Below, one piece after another: positions 7,666 to 16,116 of a DNA stretch of 64,000 nt; position 1 is the first letter of the stretch, and every line of letters starts with the position of its first letter. The notes under the pieces are model-generated. The model ran no database searches. It saw nothing but the letters and a program-made list of their open reading frames with translations, and was not told where the DNA came from. The translations under genes and the position numbers were made by a program. Origin of the DNA: a virus; IMG/VR virus record IMGVR_UViG_3300006854_000019. One strand, written 5' to 3'.

Positions 7666-9735
7666 TCAACCGAAGACGCCCTGGCCTCCGTCGGTCTGGA
7701 GAATCCCAGCCGGGGTGAGAGCGCTCGCGCTTTGCGGCGAGCTCACCGGCCGGACGCCTGCCCACAGCTGTGGGTCACTCGTCCCGGGGATCCACGTGTC
7801 CGCAGAGGGCACGCGGCTGATAGCGCCGAGACCATTCATGCTCTCGGCGAAGTACTCGCCAACGCCTGCACTGGCCTCGTACGGTTGAACACGACCCATG
7901 CCCGCCGCCGCCTCGTAAGGCGGAAGCTGGCCGACGCCTGCCGCCGCTTCGGCGATCGTGAGCTCGCGCTCGAGATCGCTTGCCGGGTCGATGTGATTGG
8001 TGTTGGTGTTCGGCATCGCGCCGATGCCCGCTGCCGCTTGGTAGAAGTCGGGATTCGGTCCGTAATTGCCGAGACCATTCATGCTCTCGGCGAAGTACTC
8101 GCCCATCCCGCTCATCGGCTCGTTGAAGTACTCGCCCACGCCGCGCCCACCGCTGATCGCGGCGTAGTGCGGCATGATGCTCGCGCCCGCGCCGAGGCCG
8201 TACATGGCGGACAGGCGTGCAGCCGTTCCGTCATCGTACCCAGCGAGGTAGCCCGAGGCCTGCGGAGCAACCTTGTCGAACACGGTAACGAGCACCGTGT
8301 GCAGGAAGGCTGCGGCGAGACCGCCGGTGAGCAAGTACTGCGTCTTGACGTCCTTCACCACCGCGGTCGTGAGCGCGATGCCAGCGATGGCGCCGACAGC
8401 GCCGCCGATGAGTGCCTTGTAAGGCTGAAGGGCTTCGAGACCGCTCGTGGCCGGAGGGGTCGCCGGCGCTGCGGGGGTAGCCGCTTTGCCGAGCACCTTG
8501 TCGAGGACGAGATCGCCCAGGACTTTGGTGATGACCTTCTGACCAGCGAAACCGAGCGCGATGAAGGCGCCTGCTTTGAAGGCGGCTTCGAGATTGCCGA
8601 GAGCGCTGTTCTTACGGAACACGCTCTTCGACCGACGGCTCTTGCGCGCCCGGCGACGGCCGTGATGCCGGCTCCGGTTCGGAGTGTGCCGGCGATTCTT
8701 GCGGTGCGTGCGGCGCTTCGCGTGCGACCGGCGACGGGCATGCACCCGGCGGCGATTGCGACGATGCGTACGGCGCTTGGCCGCGTGGCGGCGGTTCTTG
8801 CGATGCGTGCGGCGCTTTGCAGCACGGCGGCGCGGCGAACGACGCTTGGCCGAAGCCTTGCGGCGCTTCCTACGGCGCGGTGCGGCCACCTTCACAGCAC
8901 GGCGGCGGCGCTTGGCCGACGCTTTCCGCTTCTTCCGGCGGCGCTTCCGCGGGTTTGCCACGTAATCGCTCTCGCTCGAGCGCATGGCGCGGCGGCGCGC
9001 GCGGCGCTGGGCCGAAGCGTACGACGCCCGACGCCGACGACGCCGGCTACGGCGCTTCTTCGGCGTGGCTGCCCGCTTGGCAGCGGCGCGGCGGCGCTTT
9101 CGGGGCGCGCTCTTACGCTTGCCTGCGCTTCGGCGCCTTTTCTTGTGGGTACGCTTGGCTGCATGAGTGCGGCGGTTCGCGGCGAGCCGCGAGCGCCGAC
9201 GACGACGTCGCTTCATGGTGCTTTTCCTTCCTGCGTGCTTCCGAATGCGCTTTCGCGTACTCGAAGTTTTTCGGGTTCGTTTTGCCGAAACCTTGCGCTT
9301 GCGCGACTTTTTGGCGACCTTGCGGCGGTGCCGCGCGGGACGCGCAGCCGCGACGGTCGGCGTGTGCCGGCGGAACTTGCGGCGGCGGGGCGAGCCGAAC
9401 CGCGATCCGCTATGCGTGAGCGGGTGGGCGCGGACCGTGCGACGTTTCGCGTTCTTCCGGTGCGACGCGCTGTGCACCCGCTTGGCAAACGCGGACCGTT
9501 CGGACGCCGTCAGCTTTCTGGCACGTGCGAGGCGCGCATTCGGGGAGAGCCCCGTCATCGCCCGGCGGGCGGAGGTCGGCCGGCGGCGGAATCGCCTACG
9601 GTAGGCGCCCCGGCCGTTCACCGCGGCAATCGCGGTGACCCCTGGATTTGCCCGCATCCCGGGCCGCGCGTAGCCGTAGCTCTTCGCCGCCCTCTTCGGG
9701 ATCGGGAATGCGCGTCCTACTGCTCGTCGCTTCAT
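7666..9735 (-). CDS. polybasic (protamine-like) N-terminus + hydrophobic core + GxGEYF-repeat C-terminus protein (689 aa)
   Basis: ATG 9735. First ~380 aa are dominated by R/K/H with tandem AAKRRTHRKNRRH-type repeats. Middle has hydrophobic helices (GGAVGAIAGIALTTAVV, LLTGGLAAAFLHTVLVTVF). C-terminus carries GVGEYFNEPMSGMGEYFAESMNGLG and a second GVGEYFAESMNGLG. Confidence 0.8.
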   Translation of the reverse strand: MKRRAVGRAFPIPKRAAKSYGYARPGMRANPGVTAIAAVNGRGAYRRRFRRRPTSARRAMTGLSPNARLARARKLTASERSAFAKRVHSASHRKNAKRRTVRAHPLTHSGSRFGSPRRRKFRRHTPTVAAARPARHRRKVAKKSRKRKVSAKRTRKTSSTRKRIRKHAGRKSTMKRRRRRRSRLAANRRTHAAKRTHKKRRRSAGKRKSAPRKRRRAAAKRAATPKKRRSRRRRRRASYASAQRRARRRAMRSSESDYVANPRKRRRKKRKASAKRRRRAVKVAAPRRRKRRKASAKRRSPRRRAAKRRTHRKNRRHAAKRRTHRRNRRRVHARRRSHAKRRTHRKNRRHTPNRSRHHGRRRARKSRRSKSVFRKNSALGNLEAAFKAGAFIALGFAGQKVITKVLGDLVLDKVLGKAATPAAPATPPATSGLEALQPYKALIGGAVGAIAGIALTTAVVKDVKTQYLLTGGLAAAFLHTVLVTVFDKVAPQASGYLAGYDDGTAARLSAMYGLGAGASIMPHYAAISGGRGVGEYFNEPMSGMGEYFAESMNGLGNYGPNPDFYQAAAGIGAMPNTNTNHIDPASDLERELTIAEAAAGVGQLPPYEAAAGMGRVQPYEASAGVGEYFAESMNGLGAISRVPSADTWIPGTSDPQLWAGVRPVSSPQSASALTPAGILQTDGGQGVFG

Positions 9736-9827
9736 CGGTGACTACCTCGTCAGGCAGATCCCTGCGTTGCTCGCAGGGACAGCCGGTCAGTCCGATGAAG
9801 GAGATCCGGTGTTTCGCGGTAAAACCC

Positions 9828-9863
9828 ACGCTACTGGGCGTGCCGGATTAGGTCAAGAAATCG
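9828..9863 (-). promoter_or_regulatory. promoter-like motif CGATTTCTTGACC-N17-TAGCGT upstream of the polybasic-protein gene
   Basis: Minus strand: -35 TTGACC = 9856..9851, -10 TAGCGT = 9833..9828. The 13-mer CGATTTCTTGACC is identical to the one at 53128. Confidence 0.5.
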
Positions 9864-9870
9864 AGCGAAA

Positions 9871-10044
9871 CTATTTCTTGCGCGCCAGCCAAAGAATGCC
9901 GGCAGCAGCAAGAAGGCCGATTCCGATGATCCCGCGAGTGGTCAGGAGCTTCGTTTGCGGGTGCGATTCGTTGTAGGACGGGGCGTTCGTAAGGACCGGC
10001 GGCGGGTGGAGGTCATCACCTACGGGGAAGTTTGCGTACGACAT
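9871..10044 (-). CDS. tail-anchored membrane protein (57 aa)
   Basis: ATG 10044 (MSYANFPVGDD) overlaps TGA of upstream gene by 1 nt; C-terminus RGIIGIGLLAAAGILWL-ARKK. Confidence 0.6.
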   Translation of the reverse strand: MSYANFPVGDDLHPPPVLTNAPSYNESHPQTKLLTTRGIIGIGLLAAAGILWLARKK

Positions 10045-10916
10045 CAGCGGGTCCTCCAAAGCACGAGTCCGAGGGCAGCGGCGCCGGCGACGAGAAGTGC
10101 CGTGTTGCGGATCGTCTCCGATTGTTTCTGTGCGTGGCCAACGAGATGCTCATGCTCGCGCACGACGGCAGTGTAACGGAGTAGCACGCGCGGGGTCGCG
10201 CCGAGGAGCGCGTTCGTGGCATCGGCCAAACGCTGCACAGACACCGCCGGCGGGAAGCTGCAGACGTTGTAGGGCACCGTGTTTGGTGGGAGAGACGAGG
10301 GGGATCCGTTCCAGCCTGGTGGCGGGAACAGATCCATTGCACCAGCGGCCACGAGCTCAGCCCACGAATTGATCGGTGTGAGCGCGCCCTTGTACATGGC
10401 AGTCGGCGGCTTCACTTCCGGATGGGCGCGGCGCGCATCATCGACCGCCTTGATCGAAGCATTCTGCTGGCGCAAGTACTGCTCGTGCAGCGGCGCACAC
10501 GCGCGGAGCTCGGCTGCGGCGCGCATGCGTTCGCCAGCGTGGTCCAGGTAGTCCTGGCAGGCTGGCGTGTTGTGGAACGTCGCGCCGCCCGCGCGCATCT
10601 GTTCGCAGAAGTTACACGGATCGAAACTGTGCACGGTGTTGCAGTCGATCGGGTGACTCACGCCGAAGATGTCATCGAGGACATCGGCCACGGCGCCCAC
10701 GATGGCGCCGGCGACTGCGCCGCAGGGCCCTGGCGGAATGCCGTAGGCCGCGCAGTACGCGTTCGCGGCGCAGCTTGCGCCGTTTTTCGCGGCGTTTTTT
10801 CGCCCGTCGCCCGTCGATAGATCACCGTGGGCAGCGAGTTTCGCGCAATTGCCCATCTTGACGTCGATGTCTTTGCCTTTGTCGTCGCCGAGACCGCGGA
10901 AGAATTGGTAGCTCAT
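10044..10916 (-). CDS. Cys-rich tail-anchored membrane protein (290 aa)
   Basis: ATG-AGC-TAC start (MSYQFFRGLGDD), ATGA overlap at 10913..10916; many Cys in the ectodomain; C-terminus NTALLVAGAAALGLVLW-RTR. Confidence 0.75.
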   Translation of the reverse strand: MSYQFFRGLGDDKGKDIDVKMGNCAKLAAHGDLSTGDGRKNAAKNGASCAANAYCAAYGIPPGPCGAVAGAIVGAVADVLDDIFGVSHPIDCNTVHSFDPCNFCEQMRAGGATFHNTPACQDYLDHAGERMRAAAELRACAPLHEQYLRQQNASIKAVDDARRAHPEVKPPTAMYKGALTPINSWAELVAAGAMDLFPPPGWNGSPSSLPPNTVPYNVCSFPPAVSVQRLADATNALLGATPRVLLRYTAVVREHEHLVGHAQKQSETIRNTALLVAGAAALGLVLWRTR

Positions 10917-11470
10917 CCGGTGATCCCGTCCTTTTCCACGTCGAGTACTTCGCCGGTCACGAGCGCATGCACGCCGGCTTGCGTGTACACGATGAGCATC
11001 ATCTGCCCTGTCTCGGGATGCTTCGTAGCACCGAGCCAGCCGGCAAGATTGATCTGGTAGTAGCCGCCGCGATCGGGAATGCCGTAGTCATCGGGCGTGC
11101 CTTCGTGCAGGCGGGCCTGGATGCCAAGGATCTTGGCGAGCACGGCAAAGCCTTCAGGCATGGGCCGCGGGAGTTCGAGCATCGGGCCCACAAAGTCGTC
11201 GTCATCTTCGGCGAAGATCACAGAACCCGGGGTGAGAAGGAGATTCTGGTTACCTTCGGCGATGTGCTTGTAGTCGACCGGCACTTTCTCGCGCCACTTG
11301 TCGGAGCTGTACATCACCGCCTCGCACGTGCCCACGTGCTGCATCCGCCGCGGCCAGGTCCAGGAGACCGGCGTGATCTTGTTCGCGGGTTCGTCATAGA
11401 ACGTCTCGCGGATCTTTTTGGCCCGCTCGATGTCGCTTTTTCGGTTCGGCGTGTAGATGCGGCGGATCAT
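10913..11470 (-). CDS. hypothetical soluble protein (185 aa)
   Basis: Internal ATG 11470 (MIRRIYTPNRK) forms an ATGA overlap with the stop of 11467..11793; no TM helix; no motif recognised. Confidence 0.7.
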   Translation of the reverse strand: MIRRIYTPNRKSDIERAKKIRETFYDEPANKITPVSWTWPRRMQHVGTCEAVMYSSDKWREKVPVDYKHIAEGNQNLLLTPGSVIFAEDDDDFVGPMLELPRPMPEGFAVLAKILGIQARLHEGTPDDYGIPDRGGYYQINLAGWLGATKHPETGQMMLIVYTQAGVHALVTGEVLDVEKDGITG

Positions 11471-11793
11471 CGGTTTCGCTTCCAGATCCACCAGCCGATG
11501 CCGATGCCGAGGGCGAGCATGCCGATGTTGCCGATGCCGATGCTCATGCTGGCGCCGAGTACGCCCGAGCGGGACATGGGCGCAACGAGCCCGCGCGCTA
11601 CGGGTCCGGAACCGACACGGGTCGAACCCGAGGGGATGGAACGGCCCGCTTCGTTACTCGGGATCCCGATGTCGGTACCGCCTGACAGGCGTGGCACGGG
11701 CAGATCATCGCCGATGCCGACCGATTGACCGGGCGCATCGTAGTAGTCGTACCCGCCGATGTCCGGGCGCCATTGAGAGTAGATCACGCCCAA
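11467..11793 (-). CDS. tail-anchored membrane protein (about 106-108 aa)
   Basis: TTG 11793 or GTG 11787 start; high third-position G+C in this frame across 11705..11793; C-terminus MSIGIGNIGMLALGIGIGWWIW-KRNR. Confidence 0.6.
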   Translation of the reverse strand: MGVIYSQWRPDIGGYDYYDAPGQSVGIGDDLPVPRLSGGTDIGIPSNEAGRSIPSGSTRVGSGPVARGLVAPMSRSGVLGASMSIGIGNIGMLALGIGIGWWIWKRNR

Positions 11794-12145
11794 GTATGAT
11801 CCGCTGGCTTACGCGGGAGGTCCAGATTTCGCGCCGGAACTGCTGCCCACGATCTGAAACGCCACCTGATCGACAGCGCCTACGGTAGTTCCATCGCCGA
11901 AGGGGCAGGGGCGCGAGCATCCACTCGAGGCTCGGGATCGTGTCGGCGTCATCCTTCATGGCATCGAATTCTGCCTGGGTGATCCCGATCACGAGAAAGC
12001 CCTGCCGCTTGTAAACTTGCCGGCGGCGGTCGCGGGCTGGCCGCTTCGCCTCTTCATGGGCCAGTTGAACCGCCCCCTCGAAGCTCACGATTTCCAGACC
12101 TCGGCGGCGACGTGCGATCCGGCGGTCAGCGGGCGTTTCTTTCAT
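11705..12145 (-). CDS. hypothetical basic protein (146 aa as read); 3' end doubtful
   Basis: ATG 12145 in ATGA overlap with upstream gene. The N-terminal ~85 aa look coding. The last ~100 nt have poor third-position G+C and overlap the next gene by 89 nt (see finding). Confidence 0.5.
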   Translation of the reverse strand: MKETPADRRIARRRRGLEIVSFEGAVQLAHEEAKRPARDRRRQVYKRQGFLVIGITQAEFDAMKDDADTIPSLEWMLAPLPLRRWNYRRRCRSGGVSDRGQQFRREIWTSRVSQRIILGRDLLSMAPGHRRVRLLRCARSIGRHRR

Positions 12146-13209
12146 GGCAGATCGGCTAGCTCGGCCCAGCGGGTTTGTTCCCGGGCGTCTTCGACCGCGC
12201 GCATCCCGCCCTGGTTTGCACGAAAAAGCCTGCCTTGGCGGTTTTCGGTGCCGGGATCGAGGTTCGCTTCCCAGCGGTAGCGCATGTCATCCACGTCGTT
12301 TTCGCTGAGGCCCGAAGCGATGTACGCGAGGCTCAAGAAGTTCACGGCGTCCGGATCAAGCCCGCGGACGTCGAGCGCAAGAAGCGTTGTCGATTCGGCA
12401 GCGTAGATCGTGCCCGGTGTTTTCAAGATTTCCTTCCAAAGCCAAAGGATCGCGCTTTCGTCGGGCACGCTTTCCGGGATCGCCACGCCGAGCTCGACCG
12501 CTACCAGGTTGTGTTTCTCCGCACTTTCGTACTCGTAAATGTCGTACGAGACTTCCTTCTCGCGCTCGATGTCCACGTTCAGCGTGTTGACGTATCGGAC
12601 TTTGGCGTCCTCGTAGTCGAGCGTGACGCAGCCTTCAATTTCGTCGGCGGTGATGTTGAGGTCCACGCCCTCTTCGACTTCTTCTTCGGTCTCGGTGTGC
12701 TCTTCGGTAAGGCCCTTGCTTGCGGCTGCCGACCACCAGCGCGATGCGGCGTGCGAGCGGGAGCTCGAGGCCGAGGAGATGCCATCCTTCGACTGGTTCT
12801 TCGGCCACATGTCGATCGCGACATCCGGCAGGTTGTAGTTCGCGTACGCACCAAGACTCAAGGCGGTATAGAGCGAGGTGCCGTAGCCGCCGCCCTTGAT
12901 CGCGACGCCATCGGGCGTGTGCGCGCGTGGGTAGCCCGTGATGCGCGCCGGCTCGGCGTAGTCCGAATGGCGATCGCTTTCGTAGTAGCCGACGCCGAGA
13001 CGGGCGAGAAAGTTATTGGCGCGGAGGCTTCGGATGCCCACGTAGTCCCCATCGGTGATGGTGATGAGCGGCTCCTGGAGTTTCGGGTTCACCACGATGC
13101 CAAGAAGCATGCGGCCGCTGAGCTCGATCTTTGGGCGGCCGGCGCCGGGCGTCGGCGCGCTGAGCTCAAGTCCGGTGTTTCTGCGGTAGCGCGGCATGCC
13201 CCGCCTCAC
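12142..13209 (-). CDS. hypothetical protein with central acidic stretch (355 aa)
   Basis: GTG 13209 in GTGA overlap with the stop of 13206..13487 (alternative ATG 13197); acidic EEHTETEEEVEEGVD segment; no motif recognised. Confidence 0.75.
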   Translation of the reverse strand: MRRGMPRYRRNTGLELSAPTPGAGRPKIELSGRMLLGIVVNPKLQEPLITITDGDYVGIRSLRANNFLARLGVGYYESDRHSDYAEPARITGYPRAHTPDGVAIKGGGYGTSLYTALSLGAYANYNLPDVAIDMWPKNQSKDGISSASSSRSHAASRWWSAAASKGLTEEHTETEEEVEEGVDLNITADEIEGCVTLDYEDAKVRYVNTLNVDIEREKEVSYDIYEYESAEKHNLVAVELGVAIPESVPDESAILWLWKEILKTPGTIYAAESTTLLALDVRGLDPDAVNFLSLAYIASGLSENDVDDMRYRWEANLDPGTENRQGRLFRANQGGMRAVEDAREQTRWAELADLP

Positions 13210-13487
13210 TTCGGGCGGCGCATTACGACGAGGCCGATGGCCAGGACGCCGAGTCCGAGCGCCCAGAGCATCGTCTTGTCACTCGAGCGCTCGCAGGTGC
13301 CGGCGCAGTAGTCGAGGCTCAGGAGGTGCGCGATCTGTTCGGGGGTGCAGAGACCGCCTTGGTTCGTTTGGCAATCTTCGACGATCTTCTGGTTCAGCTC
13401 GTCGCTGTAGCAGGTGTACGACTGATCGGCGGGCTTTGCCGTCGGTGTCGAGTCGAAGGGCCAGACGCCCATCGCCTGATAGCTCAT
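13206..13487 (-). CDS. Cys-containing tail-anchored membrane protein (93 aa)
   Basis: Internal ATG 13487 (MSYQAMGVWPF), ATGA overlap with upstream stop; C-terminus TMLWALGLGVLAIGLVVM-RRPK. Confidence 0.65.
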   Translation of the reverse strand: MSYQAMGVWPFDSTPTAKPADQSYTCYSDELNQKIVEDCQTNQGGLCTPEQIAHLLSLDYCAGTCERSSDKTMLWALGLGVLAIGLVVMRRPK

Positions 13488-14380
13488 GCTGTAGCCGCCG
13501 TTTTCTTCGCGCTCATGAAGCGCTCGGTCACCTGGGGCAAGAATTCGATGAGCAGAAAGACGCCGACACCGATGCCGCCGATGTACATCGCGGTCTTGTA
13601 CCAATCGACGTTCGCGCCTTCGGCGAGCTTGTTGCAGAGATCTTTTTGATCCTGGGTCGGGTTCGGCATCTGCTGGCAGAGCCGGATGTCTTCGTGCAGG
13701 CGCCGGTTATTCGTTGCTGCGTACTCGTAGAGCGCAACGATCGTGGCCAGGCCCAGGATCAACGCCACGGCGGCAACCAGAATGCCGACCGGGATCACGG
13801 GCACTTCGCCGAGCCCGGACGCGCCGCCTTGCGACTTCATGAGCGCGATCGAATGCGCGACCGCTGCGTCCACCTGGTGCACGGTGCCCGATTGGAGCTC
13901 GGGGCTCGTGATGATGTACTTCTGAAGAATGCCGCTTTCGCCGATCTTTGCGACGGCCTGGAAAAGCGTGAGCCGGGCCTGGTAGTCCAGGCCGAATTGT
14001 TCGGGGCCGAGTTTCGCCTGGGCGGCGACCACGTTCGCGTGGCCCCAGTGCGCCGGCGCGCCGTCCGCTGCCGCGATGAAGGCTGCAACCAGGATGTCCC
14101 GGAGCACATCGAACGATGTCTGCACCGCGAGCGAGACGGGAACCGAGGCGTAACCAAGAAATCCGAGCACGCCGTCGGCGCGCTTCGTGAGATCTTTTCG
14201 CATCGCCGCCATTTCGGCGAACGCATTCCGGGGCGCGATCGCGTCGATGCCGGGCAGCATGTTGATCTGCACGAGCGCGCGCGTGTACCACTGGTCGAGC
14301 CAGAGGGCGCGGGTGACTTCATCGTTCGAGGGGGACGACTCGACCGTGAAGCGGACTGCAAGATCCTTGTAATCGGCCAT
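13484..14380 (-). CDS. membrane protein, two helices in the C-terminal third (298 aa)
   Basis: ATG 14380 (MADYKDLAV); helices VPVIPVGILVAAVALILGLATIVALY and AMYIGGIGVGVFLLIEFL. Confidence 0.75.
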   Translation of the reverse strand: MADYKDLAVRFTVESSPSNDEVTRALWLDQWYTRALVQINMLPGIDAIAPRNAFAEMAAMRKDLTKRADGVLGFLGYASVPVSLAVQTSFDVLRDILVAAFIAAADGAPAHWGHANVVAAQAKLGPEQFGLDYQARLTLFQAVAKIGESGILQKYIITSPELQSGTVHQVDAAVAHSIALMKSQGGASGLGEVPVIPVGILVAAVALILGLATIVALYEYAATNNRRLHEDIRLCQQMPNPTQDQKDLCNKLAEGANVDWYKTAMYIGGIGVGVFLLIEFLPQVTERFMSAKKTAATA

Positions 14381-14386
14381 CGTGGT

Positions 14387-14776
14387 TCAGGCGTGCTTCG
14401 GCTTCTTCTTGTGCTTCTCCCACTCCTTGTAGCCGTAGTACGCGCTACCGAGGGAAGCGACGGCGATGAGGCCGTAGGCCCAGAAGGGAACCTGGTTCAA
14501 GGCAGAAGCAATGTCGCGCTTCCACGCCGGCATCTCCGCGCCCGTTTCCACGAAGCGGCGGAACGCCTCGGGCAGGATGCTCGAATCGGTCGGTACATCG
14601 CCGAGGCCGTCGGGCGTCCGGCCCATGTCCGTGTAGTACCCATCGTCATACGGAGCGCGGAAGTTCGACACGTCACCGTACATGCGTCCCGGCGGCCAGG
14701 CGGCGCCGAGGCCCTGAAACGGTACGCCGATGAACGGCGACCGAAAGGACTGCATGCCGATGTACTTCCGACTCAT
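14387..14776 (-). CDS. tail-anchored membrane protein (129 aa)
   Basis: Internal ATG 14776 (MSRKYIGMQSF) in ATGA overlap with upstream stop; C-terminus VPFWAYGLIAVASLGSAYYGY-KEWEKHKKKPKHA. Confidence 0.65.
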   Translation of the reverse strand: MSRKYIGMQSFRSPFIGVPFQGLGAAWPPGRMYGDVSNFRAPYDDGYYTDMGRTPDGLGDVPTDSSILPEAFRRFVETGAEMPAWKRDIASALNQVPFWAYGLIAVASLGSAYYGYKEWEKHKKKPKHA

Positions 14777-15384
14777 GCGTGTATCCAACCCTTCTTTTTG
14801 GCGATCGCGTAGCCGATGACGCCGACGGCCGCGATGCCGCCACCGACCATCAGCATGCTGGCCGTGGTCATCTTCGGCTTGGTCGGCGCAAGCACGGGAT
14901 TGGTCACCGGCGTCGGGGTCGGCGCGGGCGGCGGCGGGGGTGGTGGTGGCGGGGCCAGGTGCGGATCGTAGGAGAACGACTTGCACGTGCCGGGCACGGA
15001 GAAGCCCGAGCCGCCATTGTCGAGCGCCCACTTGAGCGCGCCGCAGGTGCCGGGGCCGAGCTTTCCGTCAGCGCCGACCGTGGCCGCGCCCTTCGAGGCG
15101 AGGAAATTATTCAGGGTGCGCTGCATGAGCGCGGTGTTCGAGCTGTACGTACCCCAGGGGTATGAGCTTGCCGGTCCGCCGCCGCCGGCATTGATCCCGT
15201 GCTGCAGGCCGCCCGTTGCGCAGTTCGCCTGGCAGATGGTGCGATTTCGCGTATCGTCCTCGTCGAAGGACGGGTACTGCGCGCCGCACTTGTCCAGGCA
15301 CTGGTTGAAGCTGAAATCGTCGAGGCCGGAGTCGTCAGCGCCGACGCCGCGATTTTTCGTCTTGAAAATACCCATCCCTTGCAT
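14773..15384 (-). CDS. tail-anchored protein with peptidoglycan-binding-like domain and poly-Pro linker (203 aa)
   Basis: LMQRTLNNFLASKGAATVGADGKLGPGTCGALKWAL fits the PG_binding_1 pattern (LQ..LN..G....vDG.fGp.T). Then PPPPPPPPPAPTPTP and the helix MLMVGGGIAAVGVIGYAIA-KKKGWIHA. Confidence 0.7.
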   Translation of the reverse strand: MQGMGIFKTKNRGVGADDSGLDDFSFNQCLDKCGAQYPSFDEDDTRNRTICQANCATGGLQHGINAGGGGPASSYPWGTYSSNTALMQRTLNNFLASKGAATVGADGKLGPGTCGALKWALDNGGSGFSVPGTCKSFSYDPHLAPPPPPPPPPAPTPTPVTNPVLAPTKPKMTTASMLMVGGGIAAVGVIGYAIAKKKGWIHA

Positions 15385-15390
15385 GGCGGA

Positions 15391-16104
15391 CTATCCTTTC
15401 CTCTTCTTCATGAAATAGATGAGCGCGGCGGCAGCGATCCCGCCGACCACGAGAGCCTTGGTTTCCGAGCTCATGTTCGCCGGCGAATAGCGCCCGGGGA
15501 GTTTCGTGCCGGTGGGCGGGGGAACGACCGAGCCGCCGGGCGGCTTCGTGCCGCCACCCCCGCCGCCGGAACCACCACCCGATGCGCCGCAGTTCGGGCC
15601 CTTCTTCGGGGGCGTGCCGAAACCCTGGCATGTAGAAGGTGGCGGCATGCCGATCGGGATCATCGCGGCGCAGGTGCCGGCGCCGAGTTTTCCGTCAACT
15701 GGGATCGGGCAGTATCCGGCGGCGACGAGCGCGAGATTGATCGAGCCCTGAAGGCCGACCGTGGCCGTGCTGTACTCGCGCCACGGGTAGCCCGCGTCAT
15801 CGCCGAGCCCGCGGAGCCCGCTGATCCCGTTGTTGAAGATCCCGCCGCCCGCCTCTTCGGTGCCGAAGATGCCGCGTTTGGTTTCCCACAAGAGTTCGCC
15901 GAGGCCGGAGAGGCCAGAGAGTCCCGACATGGATGATCCTTTTTCCTGCCAGATGTCTTCGGGCTTGAAGACCGACTGGGGCGAGGTCCTGTAGATGAGG
16001 GGGCCCGTGACCGGACGCGTGTAGATCGGGCCGTGGAACCGCGTGGGCCACGGATGCACCGTCCAAACGAACGGTGAGGGGACGCCCGAATCTTGATACC
16101 GCAT
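15391..16104 (-). CDS. tail-anchored protein with peptidoglycan-binding-like domain, paralogue of 14773..15384 (237 aa)
   Basis: ATG 16104 with AAGGA/GAGGA upstream (track start 16113 is TTG). VGLQGSINLALVAAGYCPIPVDGKLGAGTCAAM; Gly/Pro linker; C-terminus ALVVGGIAAAALIYFM-KKRKG. Confidence 0.7.
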   Translation of the reverse strand: MRYQDSGVPSPFVWTVHPWPTRFHGPIYTRPVTGPLIYRTSPQSVFKPEDIWQEKGSSMSGLSGLSGLGELLWETKRGIFGTEEAGGGIFNNGISGLRGLGDDAGYPWREYSTATVGLQGSINLALVAAGYCPIPVDGKLGAGTCAAMIPIGMPPPSTCQGFGTPPKKGPNCGASGGGSGGGGGGTKPPGGSVVPPPTGTKLPGRYSPANMSSETKALVVGGIAAAALIYFMKKRKG

Positions 16105-16116
16105 CGTCCTCAATCC

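Noticed and set aside
8640-8900. Degenerate ~40-bp DNA repeats considered as a non-coding repeat array
   Set aside because: They are in frame within the 689-aa gene and encode the AAKRRTHRKNRRH-type basic repeats. They are coding repeats.
6616-9741. 1041-aa plus-strand ORF, the longest in the track
   Set aside because: It is antisense to the capsid-candidate and polybasic-protein genes. Its translation is an Arg/Ala/Gly-rich string without any motif. The minus-strand frames give motif-rich proteins with coupled starts and strong third-position G+C. This is a typical high-GC shadow ORF.
13196-14812. 538-aa plus-strand ORF. Similar long ORFs: 5547..6674 (+), 12175..13311 (+), 32006..33079 (-), 46244..47587 (-), 48143..49057 (-), 54332..55333 (-), 59168..60495 (-), 62308..63471 (-)
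   Set aside because: All lie antisense to, or out of frame with, genes that have recognisable features (TM anchors, enzyme motifs, overlapping start/stop junctions). Their translations are low-complexity R/A/G/H-rich sequence.
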